From assembly GCF_002087085.1 (NCBI RefSeq), contig NZ_MWQY01000011.1:62001-126000 (forward strand): a DNA stretch of 64,000 bases, in the 5' to 3' direction. The position numbers and the translations under genes are program-made. This document shows, piece by piece, positions 39,360 to 48,408 of this stretch. Each line of letters starts with the position of its first letter. Position 1 is the first letter of the stretch. Under the pieces are notes generated by a model. That model made no database searches, was not told the DNA's origin, and was given only the letters and a program-made list of their open reading frames with translations.

Positions 39360-40165
39360 AAAGAACTCCTGAAATGTTTAATAAGTATCATAATTCCGAA
39401 TACCAGTGCCGAGGTCAGGGTAACCCCTGCACTGACGGGAATATCGAACCAGAGGGATAGAATAAAGCCGGCAAGGGCGGAGAAGAGTCCCACCAGGGAT
39501 GAGACAAGAAACATTGCACCGGTACTGCCCGCCACCAGAAGAGATGAGACCGCCGGCAGCAGAACCAGGGAGTCCAGCAGAAGGGCCCCTACAAGGCGCA
39601 TGGATATGGCGATGGTGATTCCGGTACCGATCAGAATGATCCGGCGATAGGTCTCCGCGGGGATACCGGAGGTGGCGGCCACGTCGTAATTGAACAGGAC
39701 CGCCGTCAGTCGGCGCCGGAGGATAAGAATAAAGAGAATAATCGCGGCGCCGACTCCGCTGTTTATCGCCAGCTCGGTACCTCTGACGGCGTAGATGTTT
39801 CCCCAGAGAATGCTCAGGGCATCCTTGGCGGGAACTCCGGCCTTGTAGATGACAATAACAGCCAGGGCTATACTGACCACCATCAAAAAAGTTGTGGCGT
39901 AACCGGTGGGGATGTCCCCGCGGCGGGTAACGGCGATGAGTATGAAAATAAGCAGAAGATTGACTACCAGACTGCCCAGAAGCGGAGATATCTGAAGTCC
40001 CATGGCCAGGGCGCTTCCCAGAAGGGCCCCGTGCATCAGCATGAAGCGCAGGGTTATGAGGTTCAGCCTGATTACAAAAACCCCAATCAGTGGAAAGGCG
40101 ATTCCCGCAGTCAGGAGGGCCAGGAATCCCCGCTGGATCGGCGGCAGAGCGAGGTATTCCAGCAT
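39356..40165 (-). CDS. Metal ABC transporter permease (ZnuB-like)
   Basis: HGALLG, LWGNI, VGALL..SLVLLPA. Confidence 0.88.
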   Translation of the reverse strand: MLEYLALPPIQRGFLALLTAGIAFPLIGVFVIRLNLITLRFMLMHGALLGSALAMGLQISPLLGSLVVNLLLIFILIAVTRRGDIPTGYATTFLMVVSIALAVIVIYKAGVPAKDALSILWGNIYAVRGTELAINSGVGAAIILFILILRRRLTAVLFNYDVAATSGIPAETYRRIILIGTGITIAISMRLVGALLLDSLVLLPAVSSLLVAGSTGAMFLVSSLVGLFSALAGFILSLWFDIPVSAGVTLTSALVFGIMILIKHFRSSL

Positions 40166-40815
40166 CAGCCAACCTCCCGCACACGGGTGGTATCCAGCTC
40201 CTGCTCGAGACGCAGTCGACGCCAGCCTTCCTCGGGGATTCCCTTGAGGTCGTGGGTCACCAGCAGCACCGCGGCTCCATGTCCTGCAGCCATCTCCAGA
40301 AGGAGGGGATAGAAACGGGACCGGATCTCCGGATCCAGCCCGGCGGTGGGTTCATCCAGGATGAGCATTTCCGGGGCCTGGGCAAGACAGCGTGCCAGGG
40401 AGACCCGCTGTTTCTCTCCCCCCGAGAGGGTGGCAAAGGAGCGCCCGGCCAGGGATGCGCATCCCAGAGCTTCCAGGAGGTCGTGGATCCTCCTGCGTCG
40501 TTCGGTCCTGCCCATTCTGCGGGCACTGAAACCGATATCAACCACCTCCTGCACCGATATGGGCAGGTCGCCGCTGAGGGACTCCTGGGGCAGATATGCC
40601 AGGCTTCCGGGACCCCGGAGTTTTCGAATCAGGCTGCCCTTCTCGGGAAGAATAAATCCCAGGGCTGTTTTTAACAGGGTTGTTTTTCCTATGCCGTTTT
40701 CTCCCTGCAGGATAAGGTGTTCCCCCGCGCTGATGTCGAAGGAGAGGTCTCGAAGAACAAGACGCTTACCCCTGCGGACATTGACAGCGCGGAAGGATAT
40801 AAGAGAATCCGTCAT
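40165..40815 (-). CDS. Metal ABC transporter ATPase (ZnuC-like)
   Basis: GENGIGKT, YLPQ, LSGGEKQRV, DEPTAGLD. Confidence 0.88.
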   Translation of the reverse strand: MTDSLISFRAVNVRRGKRLVLRDLSFDISAGEHLILQGENGIGKTTLLKTALGFILPEKGSLIRKLRGPGSLAYLPQESLSGDLPISVQEVVDIGFSARRMGRTERRRRIHDLLEALGCASLAGRSFATLSGGEKQRVSLARCLAQAPEMLILDEPTAGLDPEIRSRFYPLLLEMAAGHGAAVLLVTHDLKGIPEEGWRRLRLEQELDTTRVREVG

Positions 40816-41198
40816 TTCCGCCCGGCCCGGCGGCTCAGCTCGGTGTAGGCTTCCTCGGGATCGTCTACCGCGGCCAGAAGTTCCTCGGTTTTGCACTGGA
40901 TTCTGGGAACCAGGGTTTCCCAGGAGAATTCCGCGTTTCGGGAGCGCAGATACTCCGCTGCAGGCTCGCTCATGAGTCTGCCATGGATCCGGCGTATTCC
41001 CAGGCGGTATATAAGGAGGGCTGCGGCCTTTCCGATAATACTGTCTTTCAGGTAGAGATCGGCGGCTGTATACTCATTTTCTGAGAGAAAGTCCTCCAGG
41101 GCAAAAAGGGGATGAAGCCACTTTCCGTTGTTAATGAATATGGGATCATCCTTCAGGAAGACCTGAAGTGAAGGTGATATCTGGTGATTTGTGTCCAT
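40812..41198 (-). CDS. DUF1893 (TM1506-like) protein
   Basis: LHPL, DSIIGKAAALL, MSEPA, conserved C..E near the C-terminus. Confidence 0.75.
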   Translation of the reverse strand: MDTNHQISPSLQVFLKDDPIFINNGKWLHPLFALEDFLSENEYTAADLYLKDSIIGKAAALLIYRLGIRRIHGRLMSEPAAEYLRSRNAEFSWETLVPRIQCKTEELLAAVDDPEEAYTELSRRAGRK

Positions 41199-41206
41199 AC
41201 ATGGTG

Positions 41207-41236
41207 ATAATAACACCAAAGTATGAGACGCGGCAA
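41207..41236 (-). promoter_or_regulatory. Extended -10 promoter, probably leaderless, for the DUF1893-metal ABC operon
   Basis: TTGCCG-N18-TATTAT with a TGn extension, 8 nt before the ATG. Confidence 0.6.
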
Positions 41237-41250
41237 GCAGCTTCGGAGAA

Positions 41251-41817
41251 TCAGTCCAGCTTCTTGGATATCAGCTGCAGGAACTCCAGGCGCGTGGCCT
41301 CGTCGTTGTGAAAGCTGCCCAGTACCGAGGAGGTGGTCATAACAGAGTTCTGCTTCTCAACCCCCCGCATCATCATGCAGAGGTGCTTCGCTTCCATAAC
41401 AACCCCCACACCCTCGGCGTTGGTGGAATCCATTATCTCCCGGGCAATCTGCCGAGTCAGGCGTTCCTGTATCTGCAGTCGCCGGGCGAAGACGTCGGCA
41501 ATGCGGGCAAGTTTGCTGACCCCCAGGACCTTGTCCCGGGCTATGTAACCTATATGGACCTTGCCGTAGAAGGGAAGCATATGATGTTCACAGAGACTGT
41601 AGACTTCAATGTCCCGCACGATAATCATATTGTTGGCCTCGGACTCGAATACCGCTCCATTGATAACCTCGTCAATATTGCGGCTGTAACCGGAACTCAG
41701 GTACTCCCAGGCTTTGGCGGCCCGTTCCGGGGTACGCTGAAGACCTTCCCGTTCGGGATCCTCGCCCAGTTCAATTAATAATTCACGAATAAGCCCGGCT
41801 ACACGTTCGCGGTTCAT
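41251..41817 (-). CDS. folE: GTP cyclohydrolase I
   Basis: [36 protein letters not shown]. Confidence 0.96.
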   Translation of the reverse strand: MNRERVAGLIRELLIELGEDPEREGLQRTPERAAKAWEYLSSGYSRNIDEVINGAVFESEANNMIIVRDIEVYSLCEHHMLPFYGKVHIGYIARDKVLGVSKLARIADVFARRLQIQERLTRQIAREIMDSTNAEGVGVVMEAKHLCMMMRGVEKQNSVMTTSSVLGSFHNDEATRLEFLQLISKKLD

Positions 41818-41837
41818 GGTTTGAAGCCTCCTCTGTT

Positions 41838-42347
41838 TCAAAGGCCGGAATCGAGCAGATTACGCAGGATTTCGGTTATTGGAGAATAGTACAGCTCCAT
41901 GTCGGGATTGACCAGTCCCGCCAGGATACTTTTATCCCCGGGCAGGCGGATGTCCGGTTCCAGTTCCAGAAGGGGAATATAGACAAAGGCCCTTTCCCGT
42001 ATCTGCGGATCCGGCAGTACAAGCTCCGGGCCTGTAAGCAGAAGATCATCATAGAGAATCAGGTCCAGGTCCAGGGTACGGGAGGCGTAGGAATCCCCGG
42101 TTCGTATGCGGCCGCATTCTGCTTCGATGCGTCGTAATGTCTCTTTCAGCTTCAGGGGTTTCATTTCGGTCTGCCCGTGCCAGATCCCGTTAACGTATTC
42201 CGGCTGTCGCCTGTCGCCCAGGGGGGCTGTTCGATAGTGGGTGGAGATCCTGAGCAGTTTTACCCGGGCAGCAAGCAGCGTGAGCCCCTTCGTGAGACTG
42301 GTCTCGGCTTCGATGTTGGATCCTGTTGCAATGAAAAAGTCAGCCAT
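41838..42347 (-). CDS. folK: 6-hydroxymethyl-7,8-dihydropterin pyrophosphokinase
   Basis: [25 protein letters not shown]. Confidence 0.88.
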   Translation of the reverse strand: MADFFIATGSNIEAETSLTKGLTLLAARVKLLRISTHYRTAPLGDRRQPEYVNGIWHGQTEMKPLKLKETLRRIEAECGRIRTGDSYASRTLDLDLILYDDLLLTGPELVLPDPQIRERAFVYIPLLELEPDIRLPGDKSILAGLVNPDMELYYSPITEILRNLLDSGL

Positions 42348-42732
42348 CAAAGCCCCGATCGGGATAGTCCTCCCGTGTACGGAAGATTTCCACGGCCACG
42401 CTTTTTGCGAAACGCAGGGCCCCGGGCTTGTCGACGGTAACACCCACCCGCTGGACCTCCGGTACATCGAGGCAAAGAGCGGCTATCTCGTGGGCCAGGG
42501 CCTCGATAAGGAAAAAGGAGCTTGCCTCGGTGAAGCGTATTACACGGTCCTTGATCTCCTTGTAGTTGATGGTATCACCGATATCGTCGCTTTCTCCGGG
42601 AAGCCTCAGGTCGCCCTCCAGGCAGAGCGAGATTATTACATCCTGCTTTTTTTCCCGCTCATCGGGATTTATTCCGACGATACAGCGGACGAGGATATCC
42701 CGTATGTGGATTCGGTCCGGTTTATACTCCAT
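42340..42732 (-). CDS. folB: Dihydroneopterin aldolase/epimerase (FolB/FolX family)
   Basis: IVGINPDER..KQ, INY, LIEALA, KPGALRFA.SV; the last motif is also FolX-like. Confidence 0.78.
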   Translation of the reverse strand: MEYKPDRIHIRDILVRCIVGINPDEREKKQDVIISLCLEGDLRLPGESDDIGDTINYKEIKDRVIRFTEASSFFLIEALAHEIAALCLDVPEVQRVGVTVDKPGALRFAKSVAVEIFRTREDYPDRGFDG

Positions 42733-43507
42733 ACATGCTTCCTTTAATGCGGCGGCCGCCATCCACGAAGATGACCTGACCGGTGATAAAGCTGTTAGCC
42801 ACAAGAAACAGCAGGGCGCTGCTGATGTCCTCGAGCCTTCCCACGCGGCGCATGGGGTTGGTGTGACGCAGTTTTTCCAGGTATTCCTCGTTTTCCCCGG
42901 GAGGGGGAAGAATCAGCCCCGGTGCAATGGCGTTTACCTTGATTCCCGGAGCGCAGGCGACGCTGAGCATGCGGGTAAGGGTAAAAAGGTTACGTTTGCT
43001 CAAGGCGTAGGCCGCGTGCTTGCTGTCGTTGTCGGTAATCCTGGTATCAAGGAAATTGACGATGTTTCCCAGCTTTGCGGCCTCCGGCGGGTCCTCAGGG
43101 ACGGAAAAGCGCTCCTGGGCTGCAAAGAGCCGGGAGAGGAGCAGGGGCGCCCAGGTGTTTACCCTGAGGTTCTGTTCGAGTTCCGCCCAGGTAAAGCTGT
43201 CCACGGTGCTGTCGGGGAAAATCGATGCGGAATTGACCAGGATATCGAGACCCCCGGTCATATCCAGGGCCTTTTCGAAGAGCCCCCTGGTCTCCTTTTC
43301 CGATTCCAGATCGGCCCTGAGCGGCCAGGCCCTTACCCCACGGCTGCGTATGCTGTCCGCGGTTTTTTCCGCATCTTCTGAAGAGTGGTGATAATGGAGA
43401 ACAATATCGGCTCCGGCTCCCGCCAGGGCCAGGGCACAGGCGGCGCCGATGCGTTTGGCGCCGCCTGTTATCAGAGCAGTCTTGCCCGCCAGATCGGACT
43501 GCATCAT
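42722..43507 (-). CDS. folM: Pteridine reductase-type short-chain dehydrogenase (FolM/PTR1-like)
   Basis: TGGAKRIG, VNSASIF, YALSK, VNAIAPG, DGGR. Confidence 0.75.
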   Translation of the reverse strand: MMQSDLAGKTALITGGAKRIGAACALALAGAGADIVLHYHHSSEDAEKTADSIRSRGVRAWPLRADLESEKETRGLFEKALDMTGGLDILVNSASIFPDSTVDSFTWAELEQNLRVNTWAPLLLSRLFAAQERFSVPEDPPEAAKLGNIVNFLDTRITDNDSKHAAYALSKRNLFTLTRMLSVACAPGIKVNAIAPGLILPPPGENEEYLEKLRHTNPMRRVGRLEDISSALLFLVANSFITGQVIFVDGGRRIKGSMYGV

Positions 43508-43508
43508 A

Positions 43509-45023
43509 TCAGACAAAACGGTTTCGTATCTCCGCGCTCACATAATCGAGAATGGAGACCGTCAGGGCGATGAACCATACGGCTATTCCCGCGGAACGGT
43601 ACTCCAGGAGCCGGATGTACTGGACCAGGAGGAAGCCGATTCCGCCGCCTCCCACCATACCGATGACCGTGGACATGCGCACGTTTATGTCCCAGCGGTA
43701 GATGGTAAAGGAGACGAAGGGGGGGATCATCTGGGGAACCACGGCAAACATGATGGTCTGCAGTTTTGTGGCTCCCGTGGCCTGGATGGCCTCGATGGGA
43801 CCGGGATTTATACTCTCGATGGATTCGGAATAGAGCTTCCCTAAGGCCGCTACGGAGTGGATAGTCAGGGCCACGATACCGGCAAAGGGACCGAGCCCCA
43901 CCCAAACCACGGCAATGAGGGCCCAGATAAGGGGTTCGATGGCTCGTACGATGTTCAGAATGGTTCTGGTAATATAGTAGATGGTCATGGTTACCCAGCT
44001 TCCGGACATCAGGTTGCGGGCTGCGAGAAAGCTTACCGGTACCGACAGGATAATACCGAATATCGTGGCCATCATGCCCATGAAGATGGTTTCGATTATC
44101 AGCTCTATGGTCAGAAGCAGGGGTTCGCTGGGGAGCAGGGGCCCGACCTCGCTGACCTGGCGGGCAATCACCTCGTGATATTGAGGTCCCCTGGCGCTTG
44201 GAGGCACAAGCCGGTAGGGCATAACCATCTTCAGCTCAAAGGATCCGGTATCATCGGTGGTAACTGAAAGATAACGTCCCTCATGACGGGGCTGAAACTC
44301 ATTGCCGATGGCGTCGCTCCACCATATTTCGGTGTGGGTATTCGGCTCGAAATTCTCTCCCCTGATAGTGAGCTCCGTTCCGGGTACCACTTTGTTGTTC
44401 TCGTCCAGTTTTGAGAGGTTCCCCGATCGCGGTTCAACCAGTATGTAGGGCTCTCCGGGGCGCTTTTCGGGTACCGGCGGAATCTCCCCTTCGGAGTCCA
44501 CCAGAAGCTCTGCGCCGGCTTCCAGACTCTCGGTGTCCCGGGTGACCGCCGCATCCCAGGGCCACAGGATTTTTGAGAGAGGGGTCCAGGCTTCGTTGGC
44601 GTCCCTGGTAAGTCGTACGAGATCGATCTGACTGATCTGCCATCCTACAGCAAAGAACACCAGAAGAATCAGGGCGAAAATGGCGTTGCCGTACTGCTTT
44701 TTTTTATCCGTCTGTCGGGCCGCATCGATGACGATCCATATCCAGATTCCGATTAAAGCCAGCAGGCTGAAGCCTACAAAAAGGGGATTCCGGGAAAGCG
44801 CCTTTGCAAGGGTTCCCCAGAAGCCCTCTTCAAGGCGCCCGATAATGCGAATTCGCCAGACCATGAGTCCTGCCAGGCTGATCATCGAACCGGCAAGAAG
44901 GAGTCCCCGCTGGATCCTGCGGGCCAGGATCTGTCCAAGCCCCGGCAGGAACAGGGAGAGCAGGGCTGCGACGGGGGCGCTGACCAGGGAATTTTTCGCC
45001 TCTTTATAGACCCGTTGATTCAT
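43509..45023 (-). CDS. phnE: Phosphonate/phosphate ABC permease with a large inserted soluble domain
   Basis: C-terminal AARN, RAIE, GLGPFAG, GKLYSE.IE, DINVR. Confidence 0.85.
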   Translation of the reverse strand: MNQRVYKEAKNSLVSAPVAALLSLFLPGLGQILARRIQRGLLLAGSMISLAGLMVWRIRIIGRLEEGFWGTLAKALSRNPLFVGFSLLALIGIWIWIVIDAARQTDKKKQYGNAIFALILLVFFAVGWQISQIDLVRLTRDANEAWTPLSKILWPWDAAVTRDTESLEAGAELLVDSEGEIPPVPEKRPGEPYILVEPRSGNLSKLDENNKVVPGTELTIRGENFEPNTHTEIWWSDAIGNEFQPRHEGRYLSVTTDDTGSFELKMVMPYRLVPPSARGPQYHEVIARQVSEVGPLLPSEPLLLTIELIIETIFMGMMATIFGIILSVPVSFLAARNLMSGSWVTMTIYYITRTILNIVRAIEPLIWALIAVVWVGLGPFAGIVALTIHSVAALGKLYSESIESINPGPIEAIQATGATKLQTIMFAVVPQMIPPFVSFTIYRWDINVRMSTVIGMVGGGGIGFLLVQYIRLLEYRSAGIAVWFIALTVSILDYVSAEIRNRFV

Positions 45024-45829
45024 GGTGCCACCTCCCCGCTGATGTTGTCCTGATGGCTCAGGGTGCCCGCACTTACCCGTTCGGCCTCTTCTCCATAGAT
45101 CTCCTTGAACTGCTGGTCGGTCATGCTGCGGATATCGTCGCGGGTACCGCGGTAGACGATCTCGCCGTCCTTCAGGCCGATAACCTTGGTGGCATAGCGC
45201 TGCACAAGGTCGAGGTAGTGGAGGCTGCAGAGTACAGATATGCTGCTTTCCCGGTTCAGTTTTTCCAGATATCCGAGGATCGTATGAGCCAGAACGGGAT
45301 CCAGGCTGGCCACCGGTTCGTCCGCCAGGATCATGCCGGGGTCCTGCATCAGGGCCCGGGCAATTCCAACCCGCTGACGCTGTCCGCCGGAGAGTTCATC
45401 CGCCCGCTTGTGGGCCTGATCTTCAATTCCTACCTTCCGCAGGGCCTGTATGGCCTCTTTGCGTGTACTGCCGGGAAACTTGTGCAGAACACTGCGCCAG
45501 GGATTCAGGTAACCGAGTCTTCCGGAGAGTACGTTGGTCAGTACACTGGAGCGGTCCACCAGGTTGAAGTGCTGGAAGATCATTCCTATTTTTCGCCTGA
45601 TAAAACGGAGTTCCCTGCTGTCCGCGGCGGTAACGTCCCGGCCGTCAAGGATGATAGTTCCTTCCGTAGGATCGATCAGTCGGTTTATACACCTGAGGAG
45701 GGTCGATTTTCCCGATCCGCTCAGACCGATAATGACCAGGAACTCACCGTCCTCCACGGTGAAACTGACATTATTCAGGGCCCGTGTTCCGTCGGGGTAG
45801 ACCTTGGTGAGATTTTTGACTTCGAGCAT
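45020..45829 (-). CDS. phnC: Phosphonate ABC transporter ATPase
   Basis: [40 protein letters not shown]. Confidence 0.92.
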   Translation of the reverse strand: MLEVKNLTKVYPDGTRALNNVSFTVEDGEFLVIIGLSGSGKSTLLRCINRLIDPTEGTIILDGRDVTAADSRELRFIRRKIGMIFQHFNLVDRSSVLTNVLSGRLGYLNPWRSVLHKFPGSTRKEAIQALRKVGIEDQAHKRADELSGGQRQRVGIARALMQDPGMILADEPVASLDPVLAHTILGYLEKLNRESSISVLCSLHYLDLVQRYATKVIGLKDGEIVYRGTRDDIRSMTDQQFKEIYGEEAERVSAGTLSHQDNISGEVAP

Positions 45830-45838
45830 GATTTCCTC

Positions 45839-45873
45839 AAAAAAGTTAGAGGGGGGACCGGATATCCCCCCTC
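45839..45873 (-). terminator. Intercistronic stem-loop after phnD (partial terminator or mRNA stabiliser)
   Basis: GAGGGGGGA/TCCCCCCTC 9-bp stem followed by TAACTTTTT. Confidence 0.6.
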
Positions 45874-45905
45874 CGGGATTTGTCTCGTTACCCTGAAAGG
45901 GCAGA

Positions 45906-46805
45906 CTATTCCATGAGCTCCTGTGCTTTCAGTCCCGCGGCCTGGAGTACCTGCCGGAAGGGATCGTAGAACTCGTCCCCGTGGGCTGCAAGATCGTCCC
46001 ACTGGTAGGCGGTATTCAGGGCCTCTTTGCCCCTTTCGGTTTTAACGATCTTAAGAAGGGCATCCACGATCTTATCGCGCATCTCCGCTGGAACGGCGGG
46101 ATGGAACTGGACTCCGTCGTTGGGGATATCTGTGGTTACGCCGATTACGACGACCTTGTCCATAACATCGGGATAGGTCTTTTCCAGTCGGGTTCGGGCG
46201 TCCACGTAGGTTGCTCCCACGTCGGCTTCACGGTTGTAGACAGCGGATACCACGGTGTCGTGGCTGCCTGCATCCACAACGCTTTTCAGGTCCCGTTCAG
46301 GATCGATACCGACGGCGCGCATCTCGATCATCGGAATAATCCAGCCGCTGGTGGAAAGGGGATCCACCCGGGCAAAGGTTTTTCCTGCGAAATCCTTGAT
46401 GCTGCGGATACCGCTGTCCCGCTGGGTTATGAACTGACCGTTATAGGTGGGCGAACCGTAGCGCACTGAAACCAGGGCGGCATCGGCAACTCCACGGTCG
46501 GCAGCCATTATGTAGGCAAAGGTTGCCAGGGAGGCCATGTGTGCCTTGGGAGGTTTGCTGCTCATGGCTTCGATTACTCCCACGTACTCGGTTGCGACGT
46601 TGGTGCTGAAGTAGTAACCCGTTTCCGCGTGCAGGAGATCGGCAACCTCCTGGGCTCCCGCAGAGACCCTCTCCATTTCTCCGGAGGGTACGAAGGACCA
46701 GACGATGGGGTTCTCCTCGGAACCGAGGGCTGCCTCTTTGGCTCCGCCGGCAAAAAGGGCACATGAGGCTGCGAGGATCAGGAACACAAGTAATCCTTTT
46801 TTCAT
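45906..46805 (-). CDS. phnD: Phosphate/phosphite/phosphonate ABC substrate-binding protein
   Basis: DPLSTSGW..P, GSHD, IPND. Confidence 0.9.
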   Translation of the reverse strand: MKKGLLVFLILAASCALFAGGAKEAALGSEENPIVWSFVPSGEMERVSAGAQEVADLLHAETGYYFSTNVATEYVGVIEAMSSKPPKAHMASLATFAYIMAADRGVADAALVSVRYGSPTYNGQFITQRDSGIRSIKDFAGKTFARVDPLSTSGWIIPMIEMRAVGIDPERDLKSVVDAGSHDTVVSAVYNREADVGATYVDARTRLEKTYPDVMDKVVVIGVTTDIPNDGVQFHPAVPAEMRDKIVDALLKIVKTERGKEALNTAYQWDDLAAHGDEFYDPFRQVLQAAGLKAQELME

Positions 46806-46924
46806 CTTACATCTCCTTGTGACTTGGCGTTCTATAGTAACAGCATACCATAGGATAGAAAAAAGCTACTAACAGTTTGTACGGTTTTTGTTAAAAATTG
46901 CAGCTTTCCTGTAAACATGACAAA

Positions 46925-46991
46925 AATAGTTGACTATTGAGATGAGGGGGTATAGTATATTCCTATAATGAAGATTGTTTTGGTAGGGAAT
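46925..46991 (+). promoter_or_regulatory. Promoter and candidate Rrf2 operator
   Basis: TTGACT-N17-TAGTAT; palindrome AATAGTTGACTATT over the -35; imperfect inverted repeat ATTCCTA...TAGGGAAT downstream. Confidence 0.55.
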
Positions 46992-46993
46992 GT

Positions 46994-47425
46994 ATGAAAC
47001 TGTCCACACGGAGCCGTTACGGACTGCGTCTGATGATCGCCCTGGCCATGAGTTACGGCGGCGGGCCCCGGCTTTTAAAGGAGATAGCCGATACCGAGGA
47101 GCTGTCGGAGAAGTATCTGGGTCAGCTTGTGATTCCCTTGAAAAGTGCAGGGTTTATCTCTGCTGTGAGGGGAGCGAAGGGGGGCTATGAATTGACCCGG
47201 GACCCGGAAGAGATATCCCCCCTGGAAATCGTAAATGTGCTCGAGGGTGACCTTTTTACCCGGGAAGAACATACCCCTGCCAGTCCCGGGACGCTGCGGG
47301 CAGCTTCGGAGTTGTGGGAAGCCCTGCGGCGGTCCATGACGGAGGTACTCTCCTCCATGACCCTGGGAGATCTGGCCAGAAACGCCGGCAAAAAGAACAA
47401 CGATTCCCTGATGTATTCTATCTGA
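46994..47425 (+). CDS. Rrf2-family regulator, CymR-like
   Basis: [16 protein letters not shown]; contains no Cys; ends in MYSI; precedes cysK. Confidence 0.88.
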   Translation: MKLSTRSRYGLRLMIALAMSYGGGPRLLKEIADTEELSEKYLGQLVIPLKSAGFISAVRGAKGGYELTRDPEEISPLEIVNVLEGDLFTREEHTPASPGTLRAASELWEALRRSMTEVLSSMTLGDLARNAGKKNNDSLMYSI

Positions 47426-47441
47426 GACAAGGAGACAGACG

Positions 47442-48365
47442 ATGGCAATAGCGCGGAATATCACCGAACTGGTGGGCAACACCCCTATGGTAGTCCTGGC
47501 AGGTTTTGCCCCGGAAGGCGGGGAGATCCTGGCAAAGCTGGAATCCTTTAATCCCTGCGGAAGCGTAAAGGACCGCATTGCCCTGGCAATGATCGAGGAT
47601 GCAGAAAAAAAGGGAATGGTGGGCCTGGGAAGTCTGATTGTAGAGGCTACTTCAGGCAACACCGGCATAGGCCTGGCTTTTGTCTGCGCCCAGCGGGGGT
47701 ACCAGCTTGTATTGACCATGCCGGCCAGCATGTCCGTGGAACGGCGCAACCTGCTGAAACTCCTGGGAGCCCGGCTTGAACTGACCCAGCCTGAGAAGGG
47801 TATGAAGGGTGCCATTGCCCGGGCGGAGGAGATTCTCAAGGAGAATAAAAATGCCTTTATGCCGTGGCAGTTCGATAATCCCGCCAATCCCGAGGTCCAT
47901 CGCCGGACTACCGCCGAGGAGATCTGGAGGGACACCGAAGGCCGGGTCGATATACTGGTCGCCGGGGTCGGCACCGGCGGAACCCTCACCGGAACCGGCA
48001 GTCGTCTCAAGGAGCTGAACCCGAAGCTCCAGGTGGTGGCAGTGGAACCCCAGGCCTCCCCGGTTCTCTCCGGAGGAGAGCCGGGGCCCCACAGAATCCA
48101 GGGGATCGGGGCCGGGTTTATTCCCGGGGTGCTCGATACAGAGGTCATTGACCAGATTGTACAGGTGGGCAATACCGAAGCCATGGAGGCCGCCCTGGAA
48201 CTGGGACGCAGGGAAGGAATCCTGGCAGGTATCTCCAGTGGAGCAGCAGCCCACGCCGCCCGTATTGTGGCCTCCAGAAAGGAGAACCTGAATAAACGAA
48301 TCGTAGTCATTCTTCCCGATACCGGGGAGAGATATCTTTCTGTATGGTCTTCCCTCGAGAGCTGA
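47442..48365 (+). CDS. cysK: Cysteine synthase A
   Basis: [40 protein letters not shown]. Confidence 0.96.
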   Translation: MAIARNITELVGNTPMVVLAGFAPEGGEILAKLESFNPCGSVKDRIALAMIEDAEKKGMVGLGSLIVEATSGNTGIGLAFVCAQRGYQLVLTMPASMSVERRNLLKLLGARLELTQPEKGMKGAIARAEEILKENKNAFMPWQFDNPANPEVHRRTTAEEIWRDTEGRVDILVAGVGTGGTLTGTGSRLKELNPKLQVVAVEPQASPVLSGGEPGPHRIQGIGAGFIPGVLDTEVIDQIVQVGNTEAMEAALELGRREGILAGISSGAAAHAARIVASRKENLNKRIVVILPDTGERYLSVWSSLES

Positions 48366-48408
48366 CAGGCTGAGAGTTGACCGGAAAAATCAAGTTTCGG
48401 AGGAATCC

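Noticed and set aside
43509..46805. Phosphonate degradation (C-P lyase) or phosphite oxidation locus
   Set aside because: Only the transporter is present; no phnG-M or ptxD in the window
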